Origin: Eledone cirrhosa
Taxonomy: Eukaryota
Length of the DNA: 64,000 nt
Direction: 5' to 3'
NCBI GenBank assembly: GCA_964016885.1
Contig: OZ024741.1
Coordinates: 31,744,001 to 31,808,000 of the forward strand
Positions 1 to 17,609 of this stretch are shown piece by piece. A model generated the notes under the pieces. It ran no database searches. It was given only the letters and a program-made list of their open reading frames with translations, and was not told the DNA's origin. The stretch's first letter is position 1, and each line of letters starts with the position of its first letter. The translations under genes were made by a program, and so were the position numbers.

Positions 1-1215
1 CACACCCCGCCAAATCCTGTGAACAAAACTAAGTGCAGTATCCCCCAAAATAGAAAAACAATTATCAGAAAAATAAAAAGAACAAACAAAAAAATTAACA
101 CACTAAAATACTGCCAACAGCAACACACACATTCAATGGCTATCACCCTGCTTGAGTCAAACAAATATAACCTCCAGCAATGCATGATGACCATCATGAA
201 TAACCAGAGAATAGCTGAAGAGAGTTGGGCCATTGAGAAAATCAAACTCAACTCCAAAGTGTTCTTCTCATTAGCTAAAAATCACAAGGTCACCGTCTCC
301 ACTGTTGGCCCCCTAGTTGATGAAAATGACACACTCCAGGACAATGTCAAAACCATGGGCGAGATACTGCAGAAACAATACTGCTCTGTTTTCAGCAATC
401 CTGATATAGCCGATCTGGGCCGTATCAGTGATGTTAACCCCCAACACACTATATCAGACATAATGTTTGGCGCCCTGATGTCTTAGCGGCAATAAACGAA
501 ATTAAACACAATTCAGCAGTAGGCCCTGACAGGTTCCCTGCTTGTGTCCTGAAGGTGTTTCGACACCAACTTGCATCTCCTCTTGCTAATCTGTGGAGGA
601 ACTCACTGGACAATGGCTATATTCCTGAAAACCTTCTGTCCCAGTCCGTTGTCCCAGTCTTCAAAAAGGGAAATAAGTCCCGTGCAGTGAACTACCGTCA
701 GTTCTCACTCACCTCTCATATTATCAAGGTATTTGAGAGGGTGGTGAGACCACGAATAACTCACTTTCTTGAAAGTAACAGCCTGCTGAACTCCAACCAA
801 CATGGATTCCGTAATGGAAGGGACTGCCTAACGCAGCTCCTGCATCACTTTCACAATGTTTTGAGAGCCTTGGCAGAGGGCTCCAACACTGATGTCATCT
901 ACCTTGACTTCAGCAAGGCCTTCGACAGGGTTGATCATATGATTCTACTGAAAAAACTATCCAATGTTGGTGTTTCTGGAAGGTTACTACAGTAGATCAA
1001 ATGTTTCCTGACAGGCAGAACCCAGCATGTTGTAGTCGAAGGAGTAACATCAATCCCTGCCAAAGTCAGCAGTGGCGTCCCACAAGGCACTGTGTTGGGC
1101 CCACTTCTTTTCATCATCTATATTAATGACATTACTGACATCATCAAGCACAGCAACATCAGAATCTTCGCAGATGATTCCAAGCTCCAAAGGGTCACCA
1201 ATGAGGTGGGTGACC
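1..1215 (+). pseudogene. Decayed non-LTR retrotransposon ORF2 (CR1/L2-like reverse transcriptase)
   Basis: ORFs 19-486 and 555-995 plus read-through of the TAG at 993-995. Motifs: VVPVFKKG..NYR..SLTS, QHGFR, YLDFSKAFDRV, SGVPQGTVLGPLLFIIYIND, IFADD. Frameshifted, with a premature stop, and 3'-truncated. Confidence 0.9.
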
Positions 1216-1434
1216 GGACTTGCTTTCAGTATAAAAACATAAAGAAATCCAAGTGATTTCAACTACTGAATCTGTATGTAAATCATATGTATGAACTAAC
1301 TTCTTTCTTTCACAAACATATGGACAGACATACAAACGGATAGACACAGAAATGACGGCCAAATATTCCTCAAATAACGCCATGTTAGAAAATGTCATAC
1401 ACACACACACCGACGCACGCGCTCACACACGCAG

Positions 1435-1548
<114 letters not shown>

Positions 1549-2222
1549 GCAGTCCGTGTTTGGAATATTTAGTATTATCAACTGTATGAGTTTATTCTAG
1601 CATCCGTGTGGTATTAACATAGTCCACAGAATAGTATATATCAAAAATGTGGTGAGATATATTATAGTTTAATAGGTGTTTATTTACATGGCACGTAATT
1701 TTGTTTTTTTTGAAAAGTCAATTGCAACTGCATAACCTTACCTACTGTTATATAACTCTTTAGCTTGACACCGAAACAATTCACTCATCAGATGATTGCG
1801 TGCATACTTATAGTTCAACTCTATATTCATGGAATATGTAGGCGTAATTAATAATAAAAGTGAGATAATCTTAAACTGTAGACATGCATTGAAGCAGTAG
1901 TTTCTGCTCCAAATATTTACCTAATTGAAGTACGGTAACAATGCATTAAAATTCCTGTAGCAACAGTAACGCTTATCACATATTGGATAGAATTAAGGTT
2001 GAATAAATAGAAATACTTTTGCTAGCTAATGTGGTGAGCAGGGGAACAAATACACTAACAACTGCGGCAGCCATCTTGAAAATGTGTAAATGCCAAAATA
2101 TCTGTGATGTGGTTTAAAATATTTAAACACAAACTTAAAATCCATAACATAAACAAGTACTGGACTTTCAAATATTGCAAATTTCATTCAGTGTGTAATA
2201 ACAATGTCACAACAAAAAAAAA

Positions 2223-2465
2223 GGAATCGCTGGACAGATTTTACGAGGAAAACCAACTGGTAGGAGACCCAGGGATAGAACCAGACAACGATGGTTGGAT
2301 AAAATCCTTGAGTTTGGCTGGTCTCACTTGGGGATCCAGCCGAATCAGTTGGAGACAGTTGCATCTGACAGAATCCTCTGGAAAGATTGTTTGAGGACTC
2401 TGCCCCCACGACTCTCTCAGGAATAAATGGGGGAAGAAGAAGAAGAAGAAGAAGAAGAAGAAGAA
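2223..2465 (+). mobile_element. 3' end of an RTE-clade LINE with a (GAA)n tail
   Basis: Translates as ..PTGRRPRDRTRQRWLDKILEFGWSHLGIQPNQLETVASDRILWKDCLRTLPPR, resembling the RTE/Expander C-terminus (GRRPRGRP..RW..DR..W), followed by (GAA)n. Confidence 0.7.
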
Positions 2466-2569
2466 TTCTGTTTTCTCATTAGGCAATGTTTGAAGGAAAT
2501 ATCTTGCATATAGAGCTTTATAAAATGAAAAGTTTCAAAGTAAATCACAAGTATCTAAACAAAAATAAT

Positions 2570-3185
2570 AACGGTTTCGGATTGAAACATAAGCCCAATA
2601 ACTTCGGAGCGGGGAGGGTTGATTTATTCGGCCCTAGTGTGTTACTGATACTTTAATTTATCGACCTGTAAAGATGAAAGGCAGATTTAAATTCAGCGGG
2701 ATTTGAACTCAGAACGTAGAGGGTCGTAAGTCTATGTCACGAAGCATGTTGTCAGACGCTCTACCGAACACTTCCAATCCACAACCATTGAGAAATAAAT
2801 AATGGGCCAGCAAGTTTTGTTGGAGCGAAAGTCGATTAAATAGACCTCACTGCATTACTGGTACTTTATTTTATCGACCCTGTAACGATGAAAGGCAAAA
2901 CTAATTTCAGCGGGATTTGAATCAGAATGTAGAGGTACGTTACCATATGACACAAAGCATGTTGTCAGTTGCTCTACCGATTCTGCCACTCCAGCGCCAT
3001 TTGGTGGTTGCTGCTACCAGTTTTGTGGGTCAGGGGATGTCGATTAAATTGACCTCAGTACTTTATTGCTTCTTTATTTTATCGACCTAGGAAGGGTGGA
3101 AGGCAAAACAAGTTGACCGCGTTGGAATTTGAACACAGAAGGTAAAGGACCGGATGAAATACTACAAAACATACTTTGACACACA
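2570..3185 (-). mobile_element. Three adjacent degenerate tRNA-derived SINEs
   Basis: Three reverse-complement copies of the GAGTTCAAATCC..GCCTTTCATC..GTCGATAAAATAAAGTACC core shared with the SINEs at 5218 and elsewhere. Confidence 0.8.
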
Positions 3186-3479
3186 TTAATGATTGTAGAA
3201 GAATAACAACAATGTATATACATAAAGTATAATAGGAATGCTTCAATCCCGACCAAAACCAAAACATACACCCTCCCCCCCACACCAATAACATATATAT
3301 AACCAATAACTTATATATAACACATATATATATATGGGTGCATTTATATACATATATTTATATACATATATATATATTTATATACATATATATATAAGTC
3401 GATCGACTTTCGTCAAATCGGACCGAGGAAACAATGTTTCCGTTGGTCTTTCCAATTGCTAATACTCTCTATCGGTCGC

Positions 3480-3608
3480 AACTCCAGGTAGAAGGAGCAA
3501 CGTGAAATAAAGTGTCTTGCTCAAGGACATAACGCATCGCCTGGTCCGAAAATCGAACTCTCAACCTCACGATTGCGAATCCAATTCTCTAACCACTCAC
3601 ACACGCAC
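3480..3608 (-). mobile_element. Second tRNA-derived SINE family (CORE-like)
   Basis: The reverse complement contains GAGTTCGATT (B box) and TCCTTGAGCAAGACACTTTATTTCAC; same family as 40961. Confidence 0.7.
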
Positions 3609-3957
3609 CTTCATATACATACATATATATCTATATGTATATGTGTATATATATATAAAGAAGTCAGTTCATACATATGATTTACATACAGATTCAGTAG
3701 TTGAAATCAGGTGGATTTCTTTGTTTTTATTATTAATTTCGCTTTGATTTGATGTGAGGATTTTTGAGTTACATGTTAGTAAAAGATGGATGTCGGATTG
3801 ATGTGAGCTGAAGTTATTCAGGTTGAACAGAATGAAGGAAAGTAAGGAAGGGAGAATGTTGATTGACAACACGTCATTGTGTCAATGTGTCAACGTGTCA
3901 GTGTGACACGATTTCGGAAAGACACTACTACAATACTCTCTCTGTGTCTCTGTTTCT

Positions 3958-4003
<46 letters not shown>

Positions 4004-4005
4004 CC

Positions 4006-4042
<37 letters not shown>

Positions 4043-4099
4043 TTATATATAAAGAGAGAGAATATATGTATATATGTATATATGTATGTTTCTCTCTCT

Positions 4100-4211
<112 letters not shown>

Positions 4212-5217
4212 TATATATATACACACACATAAATGTAGACATGTACAGATACAAAACAGATGCACATGCACATATACAATTCAAAACATACACATCTTCA
4301 CATACAATAACATCCATACTTTCACACACGCGCACGCATGCAGACATGCATACAAATCTACCAAGTAGATGTTGCTTAAATTCCAACGAAAAGGCATTAT
4401 GTCTATGTTAGAAACCAACTCTCTCTCTATTAGTAAAAGTTCATAAAATTATAAAACCAGAAGAAGATACATATAATAAGAAACATAAGTTAATCCAGTA
4501 TGTTTTCAATCTAAACCAACGATATTCTCCCAACACTTCTGATGCCATTCCTGTAGAAATTCAGACGTTTCGGAGAAGGAAAAGTTACGTAGATTCATTT
4601 CAATTACCTTCAAGTAACTCTACTTTTCTCCATTAATAAAATGTTACAAACGACGGAATAAATGAGCATCTGAAGGTGGAAGATCAGGCAAATATAAGGG
4701 AAGTGGGAGCCTTTTCCAAACAAGTTTTACAATCTTAGAATATTTGATTCTTTCATTATGAGAACTGGTGATGTCGTAACAATACCCTTTCGATTGACTA
4801 GACAATAACTTTTGCTTTCAAATTCTCATTCAATCGAATTGTTTATAATACACATGAGTTGTGATTCTTTGGTTTCAAAGTGTATTACATCCATCGTATC
4901 CGACCAAGCTAGATCTTCTGAGAATGAAGATCATGTTTCAGATAAGGTTTTATTTGTCCTCATTAAAACCACTACCACCGGCGTTTAACATTCTTATAGA
5001 GTATCCACATTTCATCACTGATTACTTGAGAGTTCAAACATGGAGACTTACACTCTTGAGAATGAAGAGCCGTGCAGATGTTGACGCGGACTCTTTGACT
5101 GTTTCCACTCAGTTAATGTGGAATCCACTTGCTAAGGTTCAACAGCAGTTCACTTTTCTTCAGCTAACATAGGTATTTTTCTCAACAGCGGCTTTCAACG
5201 TATCATTATTAAGAGAC

Positions 5218-5605
5218 ATGGATTGGCAGTATCGGTAGAGGGTCAGACGCCATGCTTTGCAAGCAAAGAGTTACGGCCCTTTATTGTCTGAGTTCAAATC
5301 CCGCCGAGGTTATCTTTGCCTTTCATCCTTATGGGGTCGATAAAATAAAGTACTAGTAATGCCCTGGGATAATTGCTGGCCTTGTGCCAAAAGTAGAAAC
5401 AATTATTAAGACATAGGACGGTGGATTGGCAGTATCGGTAGAGGGTCGGACGCCATGTTTTCCAGCATAGTTACGTCCCTTCATGGTCTGAGTTCAAATC
5501 CCACAGAGGTTAACTTTGCCTTTCATCCTTACGGGGTCGATAGAATAAAGTACCAGTAATGCACTGGGTAATTGCTGGCCTTGTGTCTAAAGTAGAAACA
5601 ATTAT
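5218..5605 (+). mobile_element. Two tandem tRNA-derived SINEs (Meta/Nin-type central domain)
   Basis: A box TGGCAGTATCGG, B box GAGTTCAAATCC, core GCCTTTCATCCTTACGGGGTCGATAAA, tail GTAGAAACAATTATT. Confidence 0.9.
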
Positions 5606-7116
5606 AAATAGATTATACGGACCCCAGAATGGTGACCACCTTCCAAGTCAAAATCTCCCTGTCTAAATTTATTGAATCACCGTTAGCACTTACGAACATG
5701 TTACACCTGCTCTTCAGTAATTCTCATTTTCATAAATAATTTTTTGAGCAATAAATTAAATGTTATGTGTCTAAAAGACAGAAACTATCTGAATGAAGAT
5801 GTTCGTTCATCACAGTCTTTATACAGCCGTAGAAAAATCTTGGTAGGTATAGTGGAACATGCTTTTAAAAAAAATGTAATATTGACATTATTTATGGGAT
5901 GTGGTGATAATTTAAAATGTAGAAGTATTTCCCAGAAAGTGTTGTTAAACAGTTTACAAAAATTTAACCAGAAAACATTCTCAAAATTTAAAATTAATTC
6001 CACCCACCAAAACGTCCTTAAACATTTCCTAACTTTTGAACATTTTTTTAGCAACATTCTCTTTACGGATAAGAAATTTCCCTTTCACATAATCTGAACA
6101 ATCATTCCTCCCACTGCGACCACCAACACCATCTCCACCACATTCCCAGTATCTCTCCTTTCATCAATTCCAATACGATCACCGAAGGAACATTGATTTT
6201 GTTTTTATTCAAACCTACATGTGTATGAATATAATATAAAATAAATGTATCTTAGGGAGAGGGGGGGGGTAACAGACGATGCAGATGATTTGGTTTGAAA
6301 GATAATTTAAAGTGAATGTATGTAATAGTCCCAAGTTTATAGATATTTCTTTTATAGTTTCAACAAAACCTTTCTCGAAGTTTTCCCCCAAGATTTTCCA
6401 AAAACATTTCTTCGAAATTTTCTTCAAGATTTCCTATAGTAAATTCTCTCAAATTTATTTACAAAATGTTGTCAATGGGTTTTGAAAAAATTTAATTAAC
6501 TTTATAAATTTGCTAAGATTTTCTCAAATAACTTTTGCGAAAAATTGTGAAGTAATTTTAACTTAAATGTTTTAGAAAAATGTGTGGAAAGGTTTTTAAA
6601 AAGATTCTAATTTTCACATGTTACATGAGTAATTTAAAAGATTTTACGTTCATCTAACCTAAACAATCAAAGTTTTTCCCCATATTTCACCCAAACTTTT
6701 CTCCAAAAAGTTTCAAATATTTGCTTTAAAAGCTTTTAAAAATTATTCATGAAACTTTCTTTAATACTGTTTCTCAAAATGTTTTAAGGATCTTCATCAG
6801 AATTTTCTAAAACAAATTTTCTCAAAAATCTTTAAAGCTTTTTCCCAAAATTACATAAAACATTTCCTTAAATGGATTCTCAAACTGTTCAAATATTTCC
6901 CTCAAACATTTAAAAAAATGTTTTCGAAAATATTTCTTCAAACATTTCACGAAATATTTCGAAAACTTTATCCAAAATTTCACAAACCCAGATTTTTTTC
7001 GAAATTTTCGTGAATAATTTTCAGAAAACCTTTTGAATTTTAGAAGTATTTTGTAGGAAATATTTTTGAAGAAATATTCTGGAAAATATCCGAGATAATT
7101 TTGATGAATATTATCT

Positions 7117-7301
7117 GTGGATTGGCAGTATCGGTAGAGAGTCGGACGCCATGTTTTCCAGCATAGTTACGTCCCTTTACGGTCTGAGTTTAAATCCCGC
7201 CGAGGTTAACTTTGACTTTCATCCTCACGGGGTCGATAAAATAAAGTACCAGTAATGCACTGGGTAATTGCTGGCCTTGTACCAAAAGTAGAAACAATTA
7301 T
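7117..7301 (+). mobile_element. tRNA-derived SINE
   Basis: Full copy of the 5218 family. Confidence 0.9.
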
Positions 7302-8465
7302 CTAAGAACATTTTGGGAAAGGTTGTGAAAGATCTTGAGAAACATTTCGGGGAAAATTTTGATGTAGGTTTTAGAAAATGTTTGAAACTTTTGATGTTAT
7401 GTTTTGGAAAATTGGCAAAAATATTTGAGAAAATGTTAATGAATATTTTTTTTTATTTAGCTTTCACATAATCTTAACAAACGATGCTTCTCTCCTATCA
7501 CTGCTGTCGCCACTACCACCTCAAACACAGCCTCATTATCTTCTCTGTCTTCGAAAGAGATTTAAATTGTTTCTATTCAATCGTACATTTGAATAAAAAT
7601 GAAATAATTTAATCAAATATTTTCCAAACAATTTCATCTAAAGTTTTGTTCAGACTTTTGTAAAGATTTATCACAATTTTTTTTTTAATCATCAGAATGT
7701 TTCTCAAAACATTTTATTAATAATTTTCTGAATAGATTTCCATACTTACTTTTCGAAAATGTTCATATTTTTTTCCAAAAGACATTTCTGATAAACTTCA
7801 CCTCACATATTTGCGTAAATGTTTTCATTTTTTCTATATTTTTTTTAGAAACTTTTTACTATTATTTGAGAATATTTTAAGGAAGAATTTAATGAAAATT
7901 TTGGGAAAATTGTGAAATATTTTCAGAAACATTTTGAACGGAAGTTTTATGAAGATCTATGAAATATTCTGATAATATTTGTGAAAAATAGTTTTGAAAA
8001 TTTTGATCAAGATGTTTGGACAATTCGGAGAAAACTTTTTGGAAAATTCTAATGAAGTTGTTTTACACCTTACACATTTTACTATCGCCTAACGTGAATA
8101 ATCGTTTTATTCTCTATTTCAATCTTCTCACAACAGCCACCAACTCTCCATTATCTCCTCTATTTAGAATTCGACTACAATCAGCGAATGAAAAGTTTAG
8201 ATTTTTCTATTCAAACACACATTTGAATAAAAGTATAATAAAAAATATAATATAATACAAGCAATAGTGTGTAACAAATCATGCAGAAGAGGGCAGACTT
8301 GAAATATAATTTAAAGTGTGCAAAGTATATATATATATATATATATATATAGTTTAAGATGGTAATATGGACGAAACAAGAGAAGAAATACTTCATCAGC
8401 TGTAAACCGTAGATGTTCCGGCGCTTAATACATTGTATATATATATATATATATATAATTGTTTC

Positions 8466-8512
<47 letters not shown>

Positions 8513-8515
8513 TAA

Positions 8516-8653
8516 GTGGATTGGCAGTATCGGTAGAGGGTCGGCTGCCATGCTTTGACGCATAGAGTTACGGCCCTTGCAGTTCTGAGTTCAAATCCCG
8601 CCGAGGTTAACTTTGCCTTTCATCCTTACGGGGTCGATACATTAAAGTACCAG
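8516..8653 (+). mobile_element. tRNA-derived SINE, 3'-truncated
   Basis: Head and core of the 5218 family. Confidence 0.85.
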
Positions 8654-10070
8654 TACCACTGCTAGTACCGGTTGCATCTCAGGGTATTCAATGGGTAATG
8701 TTATATTCCGGTTGGTAAATAATGATGCAATAAATTAAATCACCCAACGTATGGAAATCATTCATTGCATATATGAAATCCCGTGGCAGGTGCATTAAAT
8801 ACAGCAGAAGAAAATTATCTTTATAGTTTTAATCCCACGAAAACACAAAACATATTTCCATGGCCCAGCTTCATCTACCGAGCATGGTGCAAGATTTAAG
8901 CGATTTCATCAGACGTTAATTGCAGAATTAGTTTCATAACATAATAGGATTACGGTATTCACAAACAGAATAGAAAATAGAGGAACGATTCAAAACTGGG
9001 ATGGCCAAAGATTCAGAGTTATTGTAACGGGGATGATTTGCCGCTACAGACCATGTCTAACTTAATAGTATCGCCTGCCGAAGTCTTTCAAATCAGGTTT
9101 TGGACACCATGGCCCACACAAGTACAGAGTTATTGTTTACAGAGACATAACCAGAGGTAGGAGATTTATCTGGGATTATTAGAGGATTTTGTTTAAAGAT
9201 GTTTTCAATTTTATCCGATCTACTCCTGTTTTTATTTGTTTTGGTGTAATGTTAAAGAGAGCGCGACCAGTTGATGTGAAATAATAGTGCCATAATGTTG
9301 CTATGAGATGCAAGGTTGATCTTTGTTGTGGGCGGAGCCGAAACCTTAGATGTATATTAACATTTGGGCAATACTGATGGAATATTTTCCTTATCTCTGA
9401 AGTGTTATGTGTGTGAAACTTTGTTTATACTAAATAAGCTCTCCTGCAACAGGTTGATCACTGTCTTTTTTGATATTTCAGCTACAGATTTCTACACTAC
9501 ACACACACATATTGCACACAGCGTTCACTTTTACGGCAACGTTCGCCATATACCAGTACGACAGACAAACAGTACAGAAATGAAATGGTTAAAACTGTTA
9601 TGTTAGATATATGCTACTATGTTTAGTAGTTCAAGCGACAAACTTGAGTTGACTACCTGTTAGACATAACCGTCAGATCATTGTGATACAGTCTATTCTC
9701 GGAATTCTAAACAAGGTAGCCAAATAACATATACATAACAAATAAGCAAAATAATTTACTAGTTCTTTTCGTTTTGATAACTACTGTGTATACAGGTATT
9801 ACGTATATATTACGCAAACACAGACACACACATATATATATATATATATGTATGTATGCAATGCACACATGTACGAAAGCATGTATATGCAACATGCCTA
9901 TACAGCGTACATACATACATATACATACATCCATATATAAGTACAAGCATAGGCTCGCATAACTCATAACTCACAATTATGTAGACAGTAAGTACCTCAG
10001 GGGACATACGTATATATATATATATTATATAAATATATATATATATATACATACATAATATATATATATA

Positions 10071-10275
<205 letters not shown>

Positions 10276-10635
10276 ACGGTAAATATTTGATGAACATGTA
10301 ATGATGCATCTAAGTTAATTAATTGATTACGCTCCTTACAGAATTATAATTGCTTACGATCCTGCAAAGCATTATTTAGCAATTATTTTTCTTCCTCCTA
10401 TTGTACTAACAATCATTCATTTGTACCGTATTATTATTTTTTTGCTTATTTTCTAGTCTGAATATTATCGTTTTCGGTAATAATACAAACTAAACAAAAT
10501 TATTGGTATGTTCTCCATAGAGTTATATTTTGGTTGCGGGCAACATGCAATCATGTTTTGGAAAACTGGTTTACTCCACCATAAATGTATTTATTGATTC
10601 ATTTATTTATTTGTGTGTGTGTCTCTCTCTCTCTC

Positions 10636-10723
<88 letters not shown>

Positions 10724-10816
10724 CTCTCTCTCTCTGTCTCTCTCTCTGCGTGTGTATGTGCGTGTATATATGTATATATATATGTATATATATATATCTA
10801 TATATCTATCTATCTA

Positions 10817-10866
<50 letters not shown>

Positions 10867-10885
10867 TATATACATATATATGCAT

Positions 10886-10942
<57 letters not shown>

Positions 10943-10987
10943 CGTACATACACAAACACACAAACACATATGTATGCATATATACAT

Positions 10988-11018
<31 letters not shown>

Positions 11019-11332
11019 ATTTTAATTATTTTTATGTTTAATTCTTTTTTTCCCTCCTATATTTCATATAGTTATATCGATCAGATAATCTTTCACTATG
11101 TCTACTGATGCATGGTTATTATTGGGGATTTTTTGTGAGTTTTCTTATTGTTTTATCTCTATTTCTAGGTTGTTTTTGCTGTTTTATCTCCATTTTGTTT
11201 GATTTTTAGGTTGTTGATTTTTTTTTCAGCCCCGCTTCTTTATTATTTCATGATTACGTTGCTGCGCTCAAATTACATATATACATGTAATATATGTATA
11301 TATAAACATATATATATATGTATAAACATATA

Positions 11333-11417
<85 letters not shown>

Positions 11418-11961
11418 TATATATATAAAGATATATATATAAAGATATATATATATATATATATACATAAATATGTATGTATCTCTCTCTCTCTCTATAT
11501 ATATATGTATATATATATATTATACATACTGTATATATATATATATATACATAGATTTATATGTGTGTATATGTGTGTTTCTTTGTGTGTCTGTGTGTCT
11601 GGCGTTTGTGTGTGTATATGCGTGTTTGTGTATGTGCATGTCTGCGTGAATGTGTGTGCGTGCGTCTGTTTCTCTATATGTATTTGCGTATGTACGCAAG
11701 TGTGTGTGTGTGTGATTGTGTGTGTAATTATTACCATCAAAATCCACGCATTCATTTCTCCTTTAGAATACTCTCTGTTAATGATTGCCAGTTTATTAAA
11801 TCTTTTGCCTTTTGTATGCTTCTATTGTAGTAATAATTGGACTGCTGTGGCTAGCATATCTTTCCCCACAGATTTCAAACAAAACATGAAATATCAATTG
11901 GTTTTCCTTAATGAGTTCCTAACACACACACATACATATGTATACATATATATATACATAC

Positions 11962-12000
<39 letters not shown>

Positions 12001-12053
12001 TATATACATGTAGTATATATATATATATGTATATATTATATTATATATATATA

Positions 12054-12102
<49 letters not shown>

Positions 12103-12120
12103 TTTGTATAAATATATAAA

Positions 12121-12173
<53 letters not shown>

Positions 12174-12754
12174 CATGTGGTGGGTATCACACAGGTAAAT
12201 GTTCAGGTAAAAATGTTATATACGCATATTTGTGTGTGCGTATTTGTCTGTGTGGGGTTATGTATGTGTGCGTTTCGCGTGTGTGTGTGTGCGTGGATGC
12301 ATGTGTGCGTGTGTGTGTGTTTGTGTGTGTGTGTATTATTTGTTCATGACGTTTGGAAGATAGGCATTGAGTAATTCATGATAACATCCGTATATATAGA
12401 TAAATGTTGTTTTACTCACAACCTATTGCTTCCAAGCTATGCAGAAGATGAATCTGTGTTTCATGAAAATTCGCAAAACAATAAACATTTATAGAAGATA
12501 AATATAATTTTACTCTTAAGTATTTTTATTTTCAGGAAAACATGCAGTTCGTTTTTGTTTCTCTAAGAAATAGTTTACCAGTTTACACAATTTTACTAAA
12601 GGAATATTTTTCCTAATTAGTAAGTTTTTCTCGTGTCTATTGCAGTATTTTAGGGCATACAATTTCCCTAATTTCGCTGACTATATGCAAACTTCCCCCA
12701 AATTCCCATACCCTGTGACCTTTTCTCTAAATATATATATATACATATATAATT

Positions 12755-14148
<1,394 letters not shown>

Positions 14149-14841
14149 TATATATATAATATATATATATATAAGTATTGAAGTTTCCATTGAAAATTGA
14201 AAAAGTGATAGGAGTGAATAGTGCTCTATGTAAGTACCAGAGCTAAATTTAATGTATAACAAACAATACAATATAATGACCTCATTACCAGAGGTTTCCC
14301 GAATAAGACGAATACAAAAAAACGTCCTCATTCGTTCGTCGGACAATGCAATTTAAAACATAGTAAAATATTTGAAAAATCTCCTCAAGAAAGGCAAAAG
14401 TTTAACGGGCCACAAAATATATAAATAAAAGTAATACAAGAGATATATAAAAATAAAATAAGGAAATGTAGTTAGGGTATGTGTATAAATGTGTGTATAA
14501 ATGTGTGTACATATGTGTGTATGTACAAATGCATATGTATAGTGAAAAAATCTGTTTGCTTAAGTACATATATGTGACCACAAATACGTATATAATATAT
14601 GTTGAAAAAGAAATTGTAAGATAATAGAGATAACGTACATCCAGATTCAGGTATTAAGGATTGAAATATATACACATACAATACTAAGTCCTTTAAACAT
14701 AATAATAGGAAAAGAAAAATAATCTGGTTCACACCCCCTACTCTTTAGCAGTTAAAACTAATGTACGCAAAACATTCCTAGAGCTCTTAGATAAACATTT
14801 CCCTAGAACACATAGATACTATAAGATCTTCAATAGAAACT

Positions 14842-15399
14842 GTGTTAAAATCAGCTACTCCTGCGGTCCCCCTATTTAAATCTTATATCCTCAATAAGAA
14901 AATACCCAGAGAACATCAAAATTGCTCCTGTAGAGTCAAAAGTGAATGCCCATTACCAGGTAAATGCTACACCAAAGCCATTGTATATGCGGCTAAAGTG
15001 ACAACCACCAGCAACAACCTACCAGCCACCAGCGAACGATATGTGGGTATGACACAAGACAAATTCAAAACGCGTTATTACTCACATGTCGCATCTTTCC
15101 GACCTTCTGAAAAAAGATTTACAACAGCTCTGGCTATCAGAATATGGGATTTGAAAGACCAAGGTATCCAATATAAATTGGATTGGTCAATTTTGAACCA
15201 ATCTAAAGAATATGCAAGAGGAACAAGAAGATGCACACTCTGCATAAGTGAAAAATATTGGATTTTACAGAACCTTAAATCACCAAAAACCTGTCTAAAT
15301 GCAAAAACAGACATCTTCACCAGTTGCCTACACATGAAATCACACTTGCTTTCCAGTTCATATAAACTTAACTCACTTTCAGATATTTATCCTCCATAA
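14842..15399 (+). pseudogene. PLE GIY-YIG endonuclease domain (Naiad type)
   Basis: CSCRVKSECPLPGKC..IVYAAKV..YVGMT..FKTRY..H..F..CTLCISEK..LN..C.H; frameshifted relative to the upstream thumb region. Confidence 0.85.
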
Positions 15400-16657
15400 A
15401 CTCTTGTTCTTCACTTTCCTTAAATTATCCTCTTTACAGACTTCTCTTTCTGATTTACTTTTATTTTTATTTTTAACTTTATTTTTACTTCACATCCACC
15501 AGTAACCCCCCCCCTGCTTTTTGATTCACTTACCTAATATCTTCACAAATCCACACATTTTACTTCCCCATTTTCTTTCACCACCCGATATCACATGTCA
15601 CTTGCCTTTTCAACTCCAGATATATTCTGTTGTCTCTCAGCCGCTTTTATGTATGTATAATTTGTACTCATTTATTCATACGGCTGTTTTTTTAATTTGT
15701 ATCTATGCGTGTGAGTGTGCATGTGTGTGTATGCGTGTCTGTATATGTATACGAACGCATTCGTATGTGCGCGTGTGTGTATATGTGTGTGTGTATGTGT
15801 GTTTTATTATCTGTTTTTTACATACTTATATATACGTGTGTGTGTGTATGGGTGCATGTATATGTATGTGTTTATATATATATATATATGTATGTGTATA
15901 TATGTGTGTATATATATATAGTCGAGTACGTGCATGTGATTAGATATACATGTGCCTATATATATATGTGTGCCTCGTGTGTATGTATGCGCGCCTTTGT
16001 ATGTATGTACGCATGTATGTGCTTTTTTTCTGTACGTATTTATATATATATTTATATATATATATGTGTACGTACGAATATATGTTTGTCTTCTACTTTT
16101 TTCTAGTGTTAACCCCTCCCTCTTACTTTCTCCTTGATTTAAAAAAAAAAATTATTCTCATATATTGTTTCATTTTTATATATGTATCGAGCCTCAGAGT
16201 GACACTGCTTTGACTGATACACTCCCTTCCCTGTATATATCATATGCATGTATGTGGTCGCGCGTGTGTGTGTGTTTATACGCGTGCTTTCATACTTGTA
16301 TGTGTATATATTTCAATCGTTAGTCCCTGAGTCTGTATGTACGCTACTTCTATTATCCTACAATTCCTTTATCAACATATATTATATACGTATTTGTGGT
16401 CACACATACACTTATATGCTTACCCTCATATATGTATTTACGCACACATTTCTTCACTATACACATGCATTTGTACATACACACATATGTACATTTGTGA
16501 GTGAATATACATACATTTATACACATACCCTAACTATATTTCCTTATTATATTTTTTATATATCTCTTGCATTACTTTTATTTATATATTTTTTTGGCCC
16601 GTTAAACTTTTGCCTTTCTTGAGGGGATTTTTCAAATATTTCACTATGTTTTAAATT

Positions 16658-16727
16658 GCCTTGTCCGACGAACGAATGATGACGTTTTTTGTATTCGTAT
16701 TATTCGGGAAACATCTGGTAATGAGGT
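16658..16727 (+). ncRNA. HHR-like motif with variant core CCGACGA
   Basis: GCCTTGT-CCGACGA-long stem II (CGAAT..ATTCG)-GAAAC..GTA-ATGAGGT. An inverted copy at about 14278-14347 carries the same variant core. Confidence 0.55.
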
Positions 16728-16753
16728 CATTATATTGTATTGATTATTATACA

Positions 16754-17609
<856 letters not shown>

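Noticed and set aside
5218-5310. tRNA genes at the A/B-box sequences
   Set aside because: These are SINE heads followed by the SINE core and tail; there is no proper cloverleaf.
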